NCBI GenBank assembly: GCA_020341815.1
Contig: CP070837.1
Location: forward strand, 1,368,195-1,432,194
Length of the DNA stretch: 64,000 nt
From: Candidatus Omnitrophota bacterium
GTDB taxonomy: Bacteria > Omnitrophota > Gorgyraeia > JAFGHF01
Direction of reading: 5' to 3'
This document shows positions 37,986-49,175 of the stretch, piece by piece. The position numbers were made by a program, and so were the translations under genes. The notes beneath the pieces were generated by a model. It did no database searches. It was not told where the DNA came from and was given only the letters and a program-made list of their open reading frames with translations. Within the stretch, counting starts at the first letter, position 1; every line of letters starts with the position of its first letter.

Positions 37986-38657
37986 ATGCCCAGGAAATTA
38001 GTGATAATTCTGGTGTGTTTGCTTTTGTGTATCGTGCTTGTTTTATGGCTGGCGCCGGAAGTTTATGATTATATTTATGGATATTTTTTGTTCCGAAGGA
38101 TAGGCTCGAACCTGACTGTAAATATCAACAGCGACTTCGACAAAGCAACTATGGTGGCCTTTTGGGTCTTTGAGAACATTAAGCAGCTCGAACGCTACCC
38201 TTATTTACCGGTTATAGACGATAACTTTTTGAACATATACAAAAGAGGTTTTGGCTTCTGTGACCAGGGCGCTCATGTTTATGCCACGATGATGCACTGG
38301 CTTGGCTTTGAGGCCAAACTGCTAATGCTGCGGAAGGAAGACGGCGTCTCTCCCCATACTGTGGCAGTCGTGAAGGTGAAAGAAAAATACATGATAGTGG
38401 ATACGACATACAATTTTATTTTTGCAGAAACCAAGGACGGTAAAAAGATTCCCATCGGAGTCGATGATTTAGGAGACTACCCGGAAGTTTTCGATAAATA
38501 TTTGAAAGTTGTTAAAGACAGGTTGGCGCCTCTTGGAGAAAAGGCCGAGATAAAGTTATCATGGTTTACAAACGGAACTTACTTCGAGACATTCCCATAT
38601 TGCGACAAAAAGTATTTGTTTGAGAAAATAATAAACAAAATAAGAAGGCGCGGATAA
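37986..38657 (+). CDS. Membrane-anchored transglutaminase-like protein
   Basis: N-terminal transmembrane helix; GFCDQ, PHTV and IVD give a Cys-His-Asp triad pattern. Confidence 0.6.
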   Translation: MPRKLVIILVCLLLCIVLVLWLAPEVYDYIYGYFLFRRIGSNLTVNINSDFDKATMVAFWVFENIKQLERYPYLPVIDDNFLNIYKRGFGFCDQGAHVYATMMHWLGFEAKLLMLRKEDGVSPHTVAVVKVKEKYMIVDTTYNFIFAETKDGKKIPIGVDDLGDYPEVFDKYLKVVKDRLAPLGEKAEIKLSWFTNGTYFETFPYCDKKYLFEKIINKIRRRG

Positions 38658-38669
38658 AGAAAGAACTGT

Positions 38670-39824
38670 ATGTCCAAGCGTGACTATTACGAAATATTGG
38701 GTTTGAGTAAGGGAGCTTCGGCCGATGAGATAAAGCGTGCTTACAGGCGGCTTGCCCTTAAGCATCACCCGGATAAAAACCCCGAGAATCATAAAGAGGC
38801 CGAGGAAAAGTTTAAAGAGATATGCGAGGCCTATGAGGTCTTAAGCGACGAGCAAAAAAAGCGCACCTATGACCAGTTCGGGCATGAAGGCCTGCGCGGC
38901 GCATTTAAGGGCGGCGGTTTTGACTGGTCGGACTTTACCCATTACAGTGACTTAGAAGATATCTTCGGCAACTTTAGTGACATCTTCAGCAGTTTCGGCG
39001 TAGACTTAGGCGGTTTCGGCTTTGGCGGAGGCCGCCGGGGCGGTGGCGTGCGCCGGGGCTCGCATTTAGGAGTAGAGCTGGAACTCTCTTTACGTGAGGC
39101 CGCTCAAGGCGTGGAGAAGGTTGTGCGCCTGATGCGCCGGGAAAGCTGTCCAACTTGTAAGGGAGAGGGCGCTAAGCCCGGGACAAAAAGGATTACCTGT
39201 CCCGAGTGCCGGGGGGCCGGCCAGATTCGCACTACAGGCGGCTTTTTCACAATTGCCCGCACCTGCGCCCGCTGCGGCGGAGAGGGTAAGGTTATCCAGA
39301 CGCCCTGTTCCAATTGCCGGGGAAAAGGTTTGGTCAGGGCTGAGCGGAAGATTCATGTCAAGGTGCCTGCCGGGGCCGATACGGGCTTGAGGTTGCGTAT
39401 CAGTGGCGAAGGAGAAGGCGCCCCAAGAGGCGGACGAAGCGGCGACCTTTATGTGGATATCTCGGTTGAGCCTGATGAGATGTTCGAGCGTCATGGCCGC
39501 GACTTAGTTTGTGCGGTGCCTATTACCTTTGCCCAGGCGGCCTTAGGGGCGGAGATCGAAGTGCCCACCTTAAACGGCAAGATAAATATGAAAGTTCCCG
39601 CGGGAACGCAGAGCGGGAAGTTCTTTCGCATCAGAGGCAAGGGCATGCCTGATGTGCACGGAGGCGGCCGGGGGGATGAGCTGGTCAAGGTTGTGGTAGA
39701 GACACCCACCGGGCTCAATGCCAGGCAAAGGGATCTTTTGAAAGAGTTTGCCAAAGAAGGCGGGGAAAAGGTTAATCCGCTTTCCCGTTCGTTTATGGAA
39801 AAAGCCAAACGTTTATTTAAGTAG
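38670..39824 (+). CDS. dnaJ: Chaperone DnaJ
   Basis: J domain HPD, G/F-rich region, four CxxCxGxG motifs. Confidence 0.98.
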   Translation: MSKRDYYEILGLSKGASADEIKRAYRRLALKHHPDKNPENHKEAEEKFKEICEAYEVLSDEQKKRTYDQFGHEGLRGAFKGGGFDWSDFTHYSDLEDIFGNFSDIFSSFGVDLGGFGFGGGRRGGGVRRGSHLGVELELSLREAAQGVEKVVRLMRRESCPTCKGEGAKPGTKRITCPECRGAGQIRTTGGFFTIARTCARCGGEGKVIQTPCSNCRGKGLVRAERKIHVKVPAGADTGLRLRISGEGEGAPRGGRSGDLYVDISVEPDEMFERHGRDLVCAVPITFAQAALGAEIEVPTLNGKINMKVPAGTQSGKFFRIRGKGMPDVHGGGRGDELVKVVVETPTGLNARQRDLLKEFAKEGGEKVNPLSRSFMEKAKRLFK

Positions 39825-39935
39825 TCGCTAGTATTCAGTATCTTGTATTTAGTAAAATCAAAAACAATAAAAACAGTTATAAATATTTAAAGATTATATA
39901 AAAAAGTTTTTATCTAGATACTAGATACAAGCGAC
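39824..39935. repeat. Inverted-repeat element built from heptamers
   Basis: GTCGCTAGTATTCAGTATCT (39824-43) versus AGATACTAGATACAAGCGAC (39916-35), 17 of 20 complementary. Confidence 0.65.
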
Positions 39936-39966
39936 GAGCGACTAATAAGGAGCGAAGCGACGAGAA

Positions 39967-40233
39967 ATGCCAACATACGAGTATCAATGCAAGAAGTGCG
40001 CGCATAAGTTTGATGTGTTCCAGCAGATGAGTGATGAACCCCTAAAGAATTGCCCTGCCTGCGGCGGTGAGCTTAAGCGGCTCTTAGGCTCAGGCTCAGG
40101 GATAATCTTTAAGGGCTCGGGGTTTTACGCTACCGACTATCGCAGCAAAGAATATAACGATAGAAAGAAGCAGGAAAGCAAACCTTGTGACGGCGCCTCA
40201 TGCAAAGATTGTCCTGCAAATAAAGATAAATAA
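39967..40233 (+). CDS. FmdB family zinc-ribbon protein
   Basis: MPTYEYQCKKC...CPACGG...FKGSGFYATDY. Confidence 0.92.
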   Translation: MPTYEYQCKKCAHKFDVFQQMSDEPLKNCPACGGELKRLLGSGSGIIFKGSGFYATDYRSKEYNDRKKQESKPCDGASCKDCPANKDK

Positions 40234-40246
40234 TTAAGAAGAGAAG

Positions 40247-41503
40247 ATGTCGCATATCCGTCCCTTTAGAGGTGTGCTTTATAATCCCGAGAAGATAAAG
40301 GATATCGCCGAGGTGGTTACCGAGCCTTACGACGTGATTAATTCCTCGCAGCAGGCGGCCTATTACAAGCTCAGTCCCTATAATATAATCCGCCTTATCC
40401 TGGGAAGGCATTACCCTGACGATAACATTAAAAGCAACGAATATACCAGGGCGCGTGAATATCTCAGGGATTGGTTGAAGCGCGATATCCTGCGGCGCGA
40501 CGGGAAAGAAAGCATCTATATCTATACCCAGACCTTTTCCCACAATAATAAAATGCGAACGCGCACGGGATTTTTTGTTCTCCTGAAGATAGAGGATTTT
40601 GCCAAAAATACCGTGTTGCCCCATGAGAATACCAAGTCCTCAGCAGTCCAGGACAGGATGAAATTATTGGAAGTAACAGGGGCAAACCTAAGTCCGATAT
40701 TTGCCTTATTCTCCGAGCCCGAGGGAAAAATCAGTAAGCTGTTGAATCAGGAGAAAAAGGCCCAGCGGCCTTACATCACTATTAAAAAAGACAATATCAC
40801 CCACCGCATCTGGCGGATAAGCCAGAGAAAAAAGATTGCCGCTATTCAGCGGCAGCTCCTTAAGCGCCAGATATTTATTGCCGATGGGCATCACCGCTAT
40901 GAGGCAGCGCTCAATTACAAACTGAAGATGCAGAAGAAGAAAAGGGCCGGCGTAAGCTCGGCCCCTTTTAATTATGTAATGGCTTATCTTGTATCCGCCA
41001 AGGACCCGGGCCTGACTATCCTTCCCACGCACAGGGTAATAAAGCTCGCCCCCGGATTTAATGTAGATGAGATAATCTCGAAATTAAAAAAGGCCTTTAT
41101 TGTATATAAGTTTTCTTCTCGTGAGGAGCTATTTTCCTATATGGCCAGCGAGGCGCATTCAGCGTGCGTATTCGGCGCCTACTTCGGAAAAAAGAGATTT
41201 TACGGATTGAAATTGAAAGATGCAAAGCTCACCCGCGAACTTGACGTAAATGTGCTGCACAGCGTTATAGTCGAAGAAATTTTAAATATTTCCCCATTTC
41301 AGGGAGATATCTGCTATACTAGAGAGGCCGAGGAGGCCATAGGCCTGGTGGATGCCGATAAAAACCAGGCCGCATTTTTCCTGCGGCCTTTGAGGGTGGC
41401 GCAGGTTAAGAAGACGGCCGCGGCCGGGCGCAAGATGCCGCACAAATCTACTTATTTCTACCCCAAGGCGCTTACGGGACTGGTAATTAATAAGTTAAAA
41501 TAA
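40247..41503 (+). CDS. DUF1015 family protein
   Basis: IRPFRG, PYDVI, PHENT, IADGHHRYE and MPHKSTYFYPK. Confidence 0.92.
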   Translation: MSHIRPFRGVLYNPEKIKDIAEVVTEPYDVINSSQQAAYYKLSPYNIIRLILGRHYPDDNIKSNEYTRAREYLRDWLKRDILRRDGKESIYIYTQTFSHNNKMRTRTGFFVLLKIEDFAKNTVLPHENTKSSAVQDRMKLLEVTGANLSPIFALFSEPEGKISKLLNQEKKAQRPYITIKKDNITHRIWRISQRKKIAAIQRQLLKRQIFIADGHHRYEAALNYKLKMQKKKRAGVSSAPFNYVMAYLVSAKDPGLTILPTHRVIKLAPGFNVDEIISKLKKAFIVYKFSSREELFSYMASEAHSACVFGAYFGKKRFYGLKLKDAKLTRELDVNVLHSVIVEEILNISPFQGDICYTREAEEAIGLVDADKNQAAFFLRPLRVAQVKKTAAAGRKMPHKSTYFYPKALTGLVINKLK

Positions 41504-41507
41504 GAAG

Positions 41508-42356
41508 ATGGCATTATTCGGAAAACCCAAATATACCTTTGTTAACCTGGTCAAGAAAAAAGACATACCTCACGGCCTCTGGACACGGTGCCCTGACTGC
41601 GGGGAATTGATTTACAACAAGGCCCTCAAGGAAAAGCTAAAAGTCTGCCATAAATGTAGTTATCATTTTGTCTTGGGCGCCCGGGAGAGGATAGAGCTGC
41701 TTGCGGATAGCTTCAAAGAGCTTCACTCCGGGCTTGTCTCTACGGATGCTCTAAATTTTCAAGGGCCCAAGAATTACAAGGATAAGTTGGCCGAGGAGAA
41801 AAAGAAGACCGGGCTTCCGGAGGCATGTATAGTGGGTGAGGCCCTGATTAACGAGAAGAAGTTCATCCTGGGGGTAACCGACTCCCGCTTTATGATGGGC
41901 TCGATGGGTTCGGTTGTGGGTGAGAAATTAACCCGGGCTATCGAGCAGGCCACAGAGTTGCATTTGCCGGTGGTGATTGTCTCCGGCTCAGGCGGCGGCG
42001 CCCGCATGCAGGAAGGGATGCTTTCCCTGATGCAGATGGCCAAGACCTCAGCGGCTCTTGCCCGGCATGCCCAGCATAAGCTTTTATTTATATCCATCCT
42101 GACCAACCCCACTATGGCCGGGATAATGGCCAGCTTTGCTTCCCTGGGGGATGTGATTATCGCCGAGCCCAAGGCTTTAATCGGCTTTACGGGGCCAAGG
42201 GTGATTGAGCAGACTATTCGCCAGAAGCTGCCTCAAGGTTTTCAGAGTTCTGAGTTTTTGCTTAAGCACGGCTTGATCGATATGATTGTAGCGCGCAAGA
42301 ATTTAAAAGATACCTTGTCGCTGCTTCTAGACTATTTGACGGAAGCCCAGACTTAA
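41508..42356 (+). CDS. accD: Acetyl-CoA carboxylase carboxyltransferase beta subunit
   Basis: LWTRCPDC zinc finger, GSMGSVVGEK and GGARMQEG. Confidence 0.96.
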   Translation: MALFGKPKYTFVNLVKKKDIPHGLWTRCPDCGELIYNKALKEKLKVCHKCSYHFVLGARERIELLADSFKELHSGLVSTDALNFQGPKNYKDKLAEEKKKTGLPEACIVGEALINEKKFILGVTDSRFMMGSMGSVVGEKLTRAIEQATELHLPVVIVSGSGGGARMQEGMLSLMQMAKTSAALARHAQHKLLFISILTNPTMAGIMASFASLGDVIIAEPKALIGFTGPRVIEQTIRQKLPQGFQSSEFLLKHGLIDMIVARKNLKDTLSLLLDYLTEAQT

Positions 42357-42467
42357 GTAGTACCCGCCAAATAAAATTTGGCGAGGTCCAATTCACACAA
42401 GTTAAACTAGAAAAGCATAAGAAGATTGACCCCGAATCTTCGGGGGCAAGTGTTCATTGGAGGTGAA

Positions 42468-43577
42468 ATGGCGCAGGTAAGTTTGAGGAGTGTAAGTAAA
42501 ATTTTTCCCCCGGATGTGGTCGCGGCCAAAGACATAAATCTGGGGGCGGAGAATAAAGAGTTTTTGGTACTGGTAGGCCCTTCCGGTTGCGGCAAGTCCA
42601 CCATCTTAAGGATGATAGCCGGCCTGGAGAAGGCGACGGAGGGTGAGATTTACATCGGCGACAGAAAGGTCAACGATGTCCCGGCAAAGGACAGGAATAT
42701 CGCTATGGTCTTTCAGAATTATGCCCTTTATCCCCATATGACGGTATATGAGAATATGGCCTTTGGGCTTAAGCTGCGCAAATACCCCAAGGCGGAAATC
42801 GAAAAAAGGGTTCTTGAGGCCGCCCAGATTTTGGGCATCGAGAAGCTCTTAGAGCGCAGGCCGCGCAAGCTCTCCGGCGGACAAAGACAGAGGGTGGCCG
42901 TAGGCCGGGCTATCGTGCGCAAGCCCCTGGCCTTTTTGTTTGATGAGCCTTTGAGTAATCTGGATGCGAAGTTTCGCACGCAGATGAGGACGGAGATAAG
43001 CAAGCTGCATATAAGGCTGCAGGCCACGATGATTTACGTAACCCATGACCAGATAGAGGCGATGACCATGGGTAACCGCATTGTAGTAATGAAAGACGGC
43101 ATAGTCCAGCAGATAGATGAGCCCACCGCCATTTACGATAAGCCCGCCAATAAATTCGTTGCCGGCTTTATCGGTTCGCCGCCGATGAACTTCATGGAAG
43201 GCGTAATCAGAAATATCGATGGGAAATTGTTCTTTGACGAAGGAGGCTTTCGGGTGAAGCTGGTGGATGAGATGCACGCGGCCATGAAGCCTTATGAGAA
43301 TAAAGAGGTTATCTTCGGCATCCGCCCGGAGGATATTTACGATAAGCTCTTCGTCCGGGAAGCGCCTCCGGAAAACTGTATTGTGGCTACCTGCGAGATC
43401 CTTGAGCCCCTGGGTTCGGAGGTATATCTTCATCTTTTGAGCCGCAGCCGCAAGCACAGCTTTATCGCCAAGGTGGGCGGGCACAATAAGCCCGGAATAA
43501 ATCAGGACTTGAACCTGGTCTTGGATATGAGTAAAATTCACTTCTTCGACAAAAATAGCGAGAAAAAGATTATTTGA
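42468..43577 (+). CDS. Sugar ABC transporter ATPase (MsmX/UgpC/MalK family)
   Basis: GPSGCGKS, LSGGQRQR and DEPLSNLDA; GGAGG RBS before ATG 42468. Confidence 0.93.
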   Translation: MAQVSLRSVSKIFPPDVVAAKDINLGAENKEFLVLVGPSGCGKSTILRMIAGLEKATEGEIYIGDRKVNDVPAKDRNIAMVFQNYALYPHMTVYENMAFGLKLRKYPKAEIEKRVLEAAQILGIEKLLERRPRKLSGGQRQRVAVGRAIVRKPLAFLFDEPLSNLDAKFRTQMRTEISKLHIRLQATMIYVTHDQIEAMTMGNRIVVMKDGIVQQIDEPTAIYDKPANKFVAGFIGSPPMNFMEGVIRNIDGKLFFDEGGFRVKLVDEMHAAMKPYENKEVIFGIRPEDIYDKLFVREAPPENCIVATCEILEPLGSEVYLHLLSRSRKHSFIAKVGGHNKPGINQDLNLVLDMSKIHFFDKNSEKKII

Positions 43578-44983
43578 TCTTGAAAAGACAACTTCTGCAC
43601 TTAGTTACCGTAGTTCTGTTTGCACTTAGCGCCTTTGTCCTCATTTACCCTTTTGAGTGGTCCCCACCCTTAATTACCGGTCTTTTTCTATTTTTGAACT
43701 TTATTATTGTTTTAAGCGCCGTCTATTTCTCGGAGACGGCGATATTAATTTTTGGCGCTTTGGGTTTTCTGACAATCCTCATAGCGCCTTTTCCTTCATT
43801 TAAAGTAAGGCTTGCCTCATCATTTTTATTGGTGGCTACCACCTCGATATTGTATTTTTATTGCGCAAAGATAACGAATTTCATCCGGCACAACAATGTG
43901 GCGCTGGAGAATGCCGAGGGTGAGAAAAATATTCTCTCTGCGAAATTGATGCATCTGCGCACAGAGCAAAATGCCCTGGAGCAGAAATTACAGCGCTATT
44001 CGGCCTTAAAAGGCCTGACGGAAGATTTGTCTTCCGTTTTATCTCTGGATGCGGCCACATCTTTGATTGCGCAGGAGACCAGCAGGATTATAGGCAAGAA
44101 CTCCGTCTGCCTGCTTTATCTGGTGGACCGACAAGAGCAGGAGCTTTACTTGGCAGCCAGCGAAACCGGCACCGGCCAAAATGAGATAAAGGCCAAAAAG
44201 GGGGATGTCTTTGACGACTGGGTATTTAAGCAGCGCACCCGCTTGATGATAAAAGACGCGAATAAGGACTTTAGATTTGACGCCTACGATATTAAAAAAG
44301 ACGGAGCCCGTGATATTATTTCCCTGATTTCGGCTCCCTTGATCAGCGAGAATAAGCTTCTGGGTATCCTGCGCATGGACAGCCCCTCCCGCGAGGCCTA
44401 CGCCGCGGATGAGCTGCGCCTTCTGGATATCATCGCTGACTTGTCCGCGGTGGCAATCGAAAACACCATACTTTATCAGAAGACGGAGCACCTGGCCATA
44501 ACCGACGGGTTAACGGGCGTGTTTGTATACAGGCATTTTCAGGAGCGCTTTGACCAGGAGCTTGCCCGCGCGCTCTGGTCGGATTCGGAGTTCAGCTTCC
44601 TGATGCTGGATATAGATAATTTCAAGGCCTATAACGATAAATACGGGCATACAGCCGGCGATATCGTTCTGAAGCAAATCGCCCGCCTGATTAAGGAAAG
44701 CTGTAATCCCGGTGACATAGTCGCCAGATACGGCGGGGAGGAGTTCGGCGTTCTTCTGGTGGAAACCGGCAGGGAAGAGGCCCTTAAGACCGCCGAGAGA
44801 ATCAGAAAGAGAATAGCCGATGAGAAATTCGTTCTGCGCCGTGAGCGAAGCAGTGTGACGGTCTCGGGGGGCATTTCCTTTTTCCCCGGGGAGGGGAAAG
44901 AAAAAGAAGATTTAATCAGAAAGGCCGACAGCGCTCTCTATAAGGCCAAGGACCGGGGAAGGAACAGAATATGCACATCTTGA
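43574..44983 (+). CDS. Membrane GAF-GGDEF diguanylate cyclase
   Basis: Transmembrane helices, coiled coil, GAF domain, TDGLTG, DIDNFK and RYGGEEF. Confidence 0.92.
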   Translation: MILKRQLLHLVTVVLFALSAFVLIYPFEWSPPLITGLFLFLNFIIVLSAVYFSETAILIFGALGFLTILIAPFPSFKVRLASSFLLVATTSILYFYCAKITNFIRHNNVALENAEGEKNILSAKLMHLRTEQNALEQKLQRYSALKGLTEDLSSVLSLDAATSLIAQETSRIIGKNSVCLLYLVDRQEQELYLAASETGTGQNEIKAKKGDVFDDWVFKQRTRLMIKDANKDFRFDAYDIKKDGARDIISLISAPLISENKLLGILRMDSPSREAYAADELRLLDIIADLSAVAIENTILYQKTEHLAITDGLTGVFVYRHFQERFDQELARALWSDSEFSFLMLDIDNFKAYNDKYGHTAGDIVLKQIARLIKESCNPGDIVARYGGEEFGVLLVETGREEALKTAERIRKRIADEKFVLRRERSSVTVSGGISFFPGEGKEKEDLIRKADSALYKAKDRGRNRICTS

Positions 44984-46215
44984 ACTTTCTGATTATTCCT
45001 ATTATAGTGGTGAGCCTTTTTTGCGGCATTAAATTTGCCTATATAGTTTCTATGGTTTGCAGTGTATTTGCGGCCTTTTTTATTTACGCCCATCAGAGCC
45101 TGGCGAATATATTACTTACTATCGCTATTTTTAATCTTACGCCTTTAATCTGCCGGCAGTTTGATCTCACCTGGCGCAGAAAGCGCGCTTCGTTGGGAGA
45201 CAGGCTGCAGCGGGCGAGGCTTGTTTGCGAAAATATGCAGAAGGAGGCCGACGCCATCAGGCAGTCCAATTTCCGCCTGAACGAAGAGGCTTTTCATACC
45301 GCCGAGCTTTATAAAATCACCCGGGATATGTCGGCGGTTCCTGAGGCGGGGGATGCTTTCAGCATTTTTACCAGGAAGCTGATGGAGGTCTTCCGCTTTA
45401 AGGGCTGCCGCCTGATTTTAACGGATGAAGATACGGAAGGCTTTGAGGTGGAGAAGGTATTCGAGTTAAAATATCCCTTGCATCAGGCAAACTCTATCGG
45501 TACGGAGGCCTCCGATGCGCAGATTTTAAAAGAAGGTTTTAAGCTGCAAAAAATCCGTTACTCGCAGGATTCGACCCTGGTTCCCTTGACAGCGGAAAAC
45601 AGATTTTTGGGCGCTTTGAGGCTTGAGGGTCTGCCTCAGGATAAACAGGAGACATTTTGCACCCTGGCCAATCAATTTTCTCTGGCGATGAAGCGGGTGA
45701 AGCTGTATGAGAAGATGCAAAAATTGGCCATCAACGACGGACTCACCGGACTTTTTGTGCGCAGGTATATTCTTCAGCGGCTGGCCGAGGAAATAGAAAG
45801 AGGCACGCGCCACCACCTGCATCTTGCCTTTTTGATGATAGACATAGATTACTTTAAGCGATGCAACGACCGGTTCGGACATCTGACGGGGGATGCGGTA
45901 TTGAAGGAAATGGCCCAGGTAATCAAATCCAGCGTGCGCGAGATAGATCTGGTGGCCAGGTTCGGGGGAGAAGAGTTTTCGGTGCTCCTGCCCGATACGG
46001 ATAAGGCCTCTGCCGCCAGGGTTGCCGAGAGAATCCGCTCAAGCGTAGAGAGGCATCTTTTCCGCGCCTATAATGAGACCGTCAAGATTACCGTAAGTAT
46101 CGGGGTGGCCGCTTTTCCGGAGGATTCGCACCTCTTGCAGCAGCTGGTAGATAAATCCGACCAGGCCCTTTATCGGGCCAAGCTGGAAGGAAGAAATAGA
46201 GTTGAAATTTTTTAG
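44971..46215 (+). CDS. Membrane GGDEF diguanylate cyclase
   Basis: DGLTG, DIDYFK, I-site REID and RFGGEEF. Confidence 0.92.
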   Translation: MHILNFLIIPIIVVSLFCGIKFAYIVSMVCSVFAAFFIYAHQSLANILLTIAIFNLTPLICRQFDLTWRRKRASLGDRLQRARLVCENMQKEADAIRQSNFRLNEEAFHTAELYKITRDMSAVPEAGDAFSIFTRKLMEVFRFKGCRLILTDEDTEGFEVEKVFELKYPLHQANSIGTEASDAQILKEGFKLQKIRYSQDSTLVPLTAENRFLGALRLEGLPQDKQETFCTLANQFSLAMKRVKLYEKMQKLAINDGLTGLFVRRYILQRLAEEIERGTRHHLHLAFLMIDIDYFKRCNDRFGHLTGDAVLKEMAQVIKSSVREIDLVARFGGEEFSVLLPDTDKASAARVAERIRSSVERHLFRAYNETVKITVSIGVAAFPEDSHLLQQLVDKSDQALYRAKLEGRNRVEIF

Positions 46216-46262
46216 ATTTTAGGTTAGAATATATATTCTGTAATTATATGGATATAAGGCAT

Positions 46263-46286
46263 ATCCCGATAGACAGCTATCGGGAT
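46263..46286. repeat. Perfect intergenic palindrome
   Basis: ATCCCGATAG-acag-CTATCGGGAT. Confidence 0.6.
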
Positions 46287-46340
46287 CAATTCGCATAAAT
46301 TGACAAAGAAAAATTAAGTGCTCATTGAGGAGATTTATAA

Positions 46341-47000
46341 ATGAAAATATTTCTGGATACCGCCAATATCGAGCAGATAAAGGAAGCAGCGGAGTTAGGG
46401 GTGATTGACGGGGTGACCACCAACCCCACGCTGATCGCCCGCGAGAAAAGAAATTTTGTGGATCTGGTCAGGGAAATTTATGAAATTGTAGACGGCCCGA
46501 TAAGCGCGGAGGTTGTTTCACTTGAAGCCTCAGGCATGATTGATGAGGCCCAGAGATTAGCGAAGCTGGGTAAGAATATCGCCATCAAGATTCCCATGAC
46601 CGAAGAGGGTCTGAAGGCGGTTAAGGCATTGAGTTTCGAGGGGATTATGACCAATGTGACGCTTTGTTTTTCACCGGCGCAGGGGCTCCTGGCTGCCAAG
46701 GCCGGGGCTACTTTCTTAAGCCCTTTTATCGGGCGGCTGGACGATGTAAGCCATGAGGGAATGAATCTGGTGCGCACCATAAAACAGATTTACGCCAATT
46801 ACGGATATAAGACACAGATTATAGTTGCCAGCATCCGCCATCCCCTGCATGTTCTGGAGGCAGCCACTGCAGGCGCAGACATCGCTACCGTTCCTTTCGA
46901 TGTTTTGAAGAAGCTCTTAAAACACCCCTTGACGGATATCGGTATAGACAGATTTTTACAGGACTGGCAAAAACTAACGGATAAGGAAAAGGCCTTTTGA
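46341..47000 (+). CDS. fsa: Transaldolase / fructose-6-phosphate aldolase
   Basis: FLDTAN, GVTTNPT, IKIP and SPFIGRLDD. Confidence 0.93.
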   Translation: MKIFLDTANIEQIKEAAELGVIDGVTTNPTLIAREKRNFVDLVREIYEIVDGPISAEVVSLEASGMIDEAQRLAKLGKNIAIKIPMTEEGLKAVKALSFEGIMTNVTLCFSPAQGLLAAKAGATFLSPFIGRLDDVSHEGMNLVRTIKQIYANYGYKTQIIVASIRHPLHVLEAATAGADIATVPFDVLKKLLKHPLTDIGIDRFLQDWQKLTDKEKAF

Positions 47001-49165
47001 TGAGGCAGTTTTACCTGCCCAAAAATACGTTAGTCTTTATATTAATCTTTTTATTTTCCTCTTCGGGAGCCTGGGCCAAAGAGAAGGAATCTCCCATTAT
47101 CTGTAACGGAGATAAGGTGGAATTTCTGGAGGCGAAACAGGAATTGAGCGCCGAAGGAAATGTGCGGGTATTCTTTGAAGACGTCAGGATAACCTGCGAT
47201 AAGATTAAGATTTCCATGGCTACAAAGGAAGGAATAGCCGAGGGAAATGTCGTGTTATATCAGAAGGATTCCGTTTTGACGGGTAATAAGTGCGAATATA
47301 ATTTTGCTGATGCGACCGGCACGATATACAAAGCCGGCTTTGCCTCGCAACTGATACACGGCAAGGCCCCCAAGGCAGTAAAGGAAGGCCCTAATGAAGT
47401 TACTATGCGCAACAGCTATATGACCACCTGCGACTTTGACCGGCCGCATTATCGCATTCAGGCCAAGACTGCCAGGATATTTCTTGATGATAAGGTAGTG
47501 ATGAAGCACGTAGTTGTCTATTTAGCTAATTCCCCGATATTTTATTTACCATATTATAGTTATGATCTCCATCCGGACCGCCCCAGGGTAACTATCCTTC
47601 CCGGTAAAGACAAGGACTGGGGATATTATCTTTTGACTGCCTGGCGTTACGAGTTTAACCGCTACATCAAAGGCCTCTTGCATTTAGATTACCGCGAGAG
47701 AAAGGATTTTGCCAGCGGCTTCGATAACTATTATACGACTAAAGGTTATGGCGATGGTTTTGTGAAGACCTATTATATGAATGAGAGAACCCTGGAGAAG
47801 AAACACCACTGGAAGCAGCCGCGTATCAGCCATGAGCGGGAAAGATATATGATTCATAGTCGCCACAGCTGGGATATCGACGAAGATACAGATTTCAGGC
47901 TTGAATACTGGAACGTGAGCGATACGGATTTATTAAAAGATTATTTCTATCGAAATGACTACGAAAGAAACCCGGACCCGGAATCTTACTTTTCTCTGGT
48001 CAGGACCAGGGATAATTATGCGGCAAGCCTGGTGGGTAAAAGAAGGTTCAATAAGATTTTTAGGCGCGTAGAATATCAGCCGGAATTAAGATTTGACGTG
48101 CTGGACTTAAGGATAGGCCCAAAGGATTCGAAATATTATTGGAAATCGGAAAACTCTTTTGCCAATTTAAGCCTGAAAGAGGCCCACCCCAGCCATATAG
48201 ATGAAGATACCGTTAGAATCGACAGCTACAATCGGATATCCCGCGTTTCCAAGCTGGGCTTTTTGCATATCACCCCCTATGTGGGCGGGAGAGAGACTTA
48301 TTATACCAAGGATAGATACGGAGAGGGGGATTGGTTCCGCGGGGCCTTTTACACGGGCGTGGATGTAGAAACCAAGCTTTATAGAATATTCAATGTAAGT
48401 ACAGATATCTGGGGCCTGGATATAAATAACCTAAGGCACGTGATTACTCCCAGGGTAGGCTACGACTATGTCCATAGACCTACGCTGGCCTCGGCTAAGC
48501 TGGTACAGTTTGACGGCTTAGATAGTATTAGCACACTTAATCGCAGCACGCTTTCTTTAGAGAATAAATTGCAGACCAAAAGAAAAGGCAAGACTGAGGA
48601 TGGCGAAGAGATCTTTGAAGCTATGGATCTGGCGCGCTTTCTGGTTACTACACACTATGATTATCGTCTGGCCTCGGGAAGCAAGTTTTCCGATATCAAT
48701 TTTGATTTTGAGTTTACGCCTTTTAACTGGCTGGGCCTGGAGTTCGATACCAGCTACGACCATCTGGATGACAGATTCAAAACCTTCAATCTGGATATTT
48801 ATGCCGAGAAAAACGATAAATTGAAATGCGGCCTGGGCTATCGCTATGCGCATGAGAGCCACAGCGAAGGCACTTTTGAGATTTCCTTTAAGCCCACGCC
48901 GTTGTGGAAGCTGGGGATATATGAGCGCTTTATGTTCAAGGGTTATCCCTACACCCTGAAACAGATTAACAGGCTCAGGGAGCAGCAATACCGCATAGCG
49001 CGCGATTTGCATTGCTGGACTTCGGAAATTCTTTATACGATCTCGCGCGGTGAGGGCGAGAGCGTATATTTAGTCTTTCGCCTGAAGGCATTCCCGGAGA
49101 TGCCGGTGGAATTCGGCAAAAGTTATCACCGGCCTAAGGCATATTCTCAAGATCCGATAAGATAG
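46997..49165 (+). CDS. lptD: LPS-assembly protein LptD
   Basis: Signal peptide, beta-jellyroll with TTCD...PHY, then beta-barrel ending RDLHCW. Confidence 0.82.
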   Translation: MMRQFYLPKNTLVFILIFLFSSSGAWAKEKESPIICNGDKVEFLEAKQELSAEGNVRVFFEDVRITCDKIKISMATKEGIAEGNVVLYQKDSVLTGNKCEYNFADATGTIYKAGFASQLIHGKAPKAVKEGPNEVTMRNSYMTTCDFDRPHYRIQAKTARIFLDDKVVMKHVVVYLANSPIFYLPYYSYDLHPDRPRVTILPGKDKDWGYYLLTAWRYEFNRYIKGLLHLDYRERKDFASGFDNYYTTKGYGDGFVKTYYMNERTLEKKHHWKQPRISHERERYMIHSRHSWDIDEDTDFRLEYWNVSDTDLLKDYFYRNDYERNPDPESYFSLVRTRDNYAASLVGKRRFNKIFRRVEYQPELRFDVLDLRIGPKDSKYYWKSENSFANLSLKEAHPSHIDEDTVRIDSYNRISRVSKLGFLHITPYVGGRETYYTKDRYGEGDWFRGAFYTGVDVETKLYRIFNVSTDIWGLDINNLRHVITPRVGYDYVHRPTLASAKLVQFDGLDSISTLNRSTLSLENKLQTKRKGKTEDGEEIFEAMDLARFLVTTHYDYRLASGSKFSDINFDFEFTPFNWLGLEFDTSYDHLDDRFKTFNLDIYAEKNDKLKCGLGYRYAHESHSEGTFEISFKPTPLWKLGIYERFMFKGYPYTLKQINRLREQQYRIARDLHCWTSEILYTISRGEGESVYLVFRLKAFPEMPVEFGKSYHRPKAYSQDPIR

Positions 49166-49175
49166 GAGAAAAGGG

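Noticed and set aside
42361-42446. Hairpins ACCCGCCAAAT..ATTTGGCGAGGT and CCCCGAA..TTCGGGG as further copies of the 110-bp element
   Set aside because: They are short and lack clear 4-bp duplications; they may be terminators or other small repeats, so they were not assigned.
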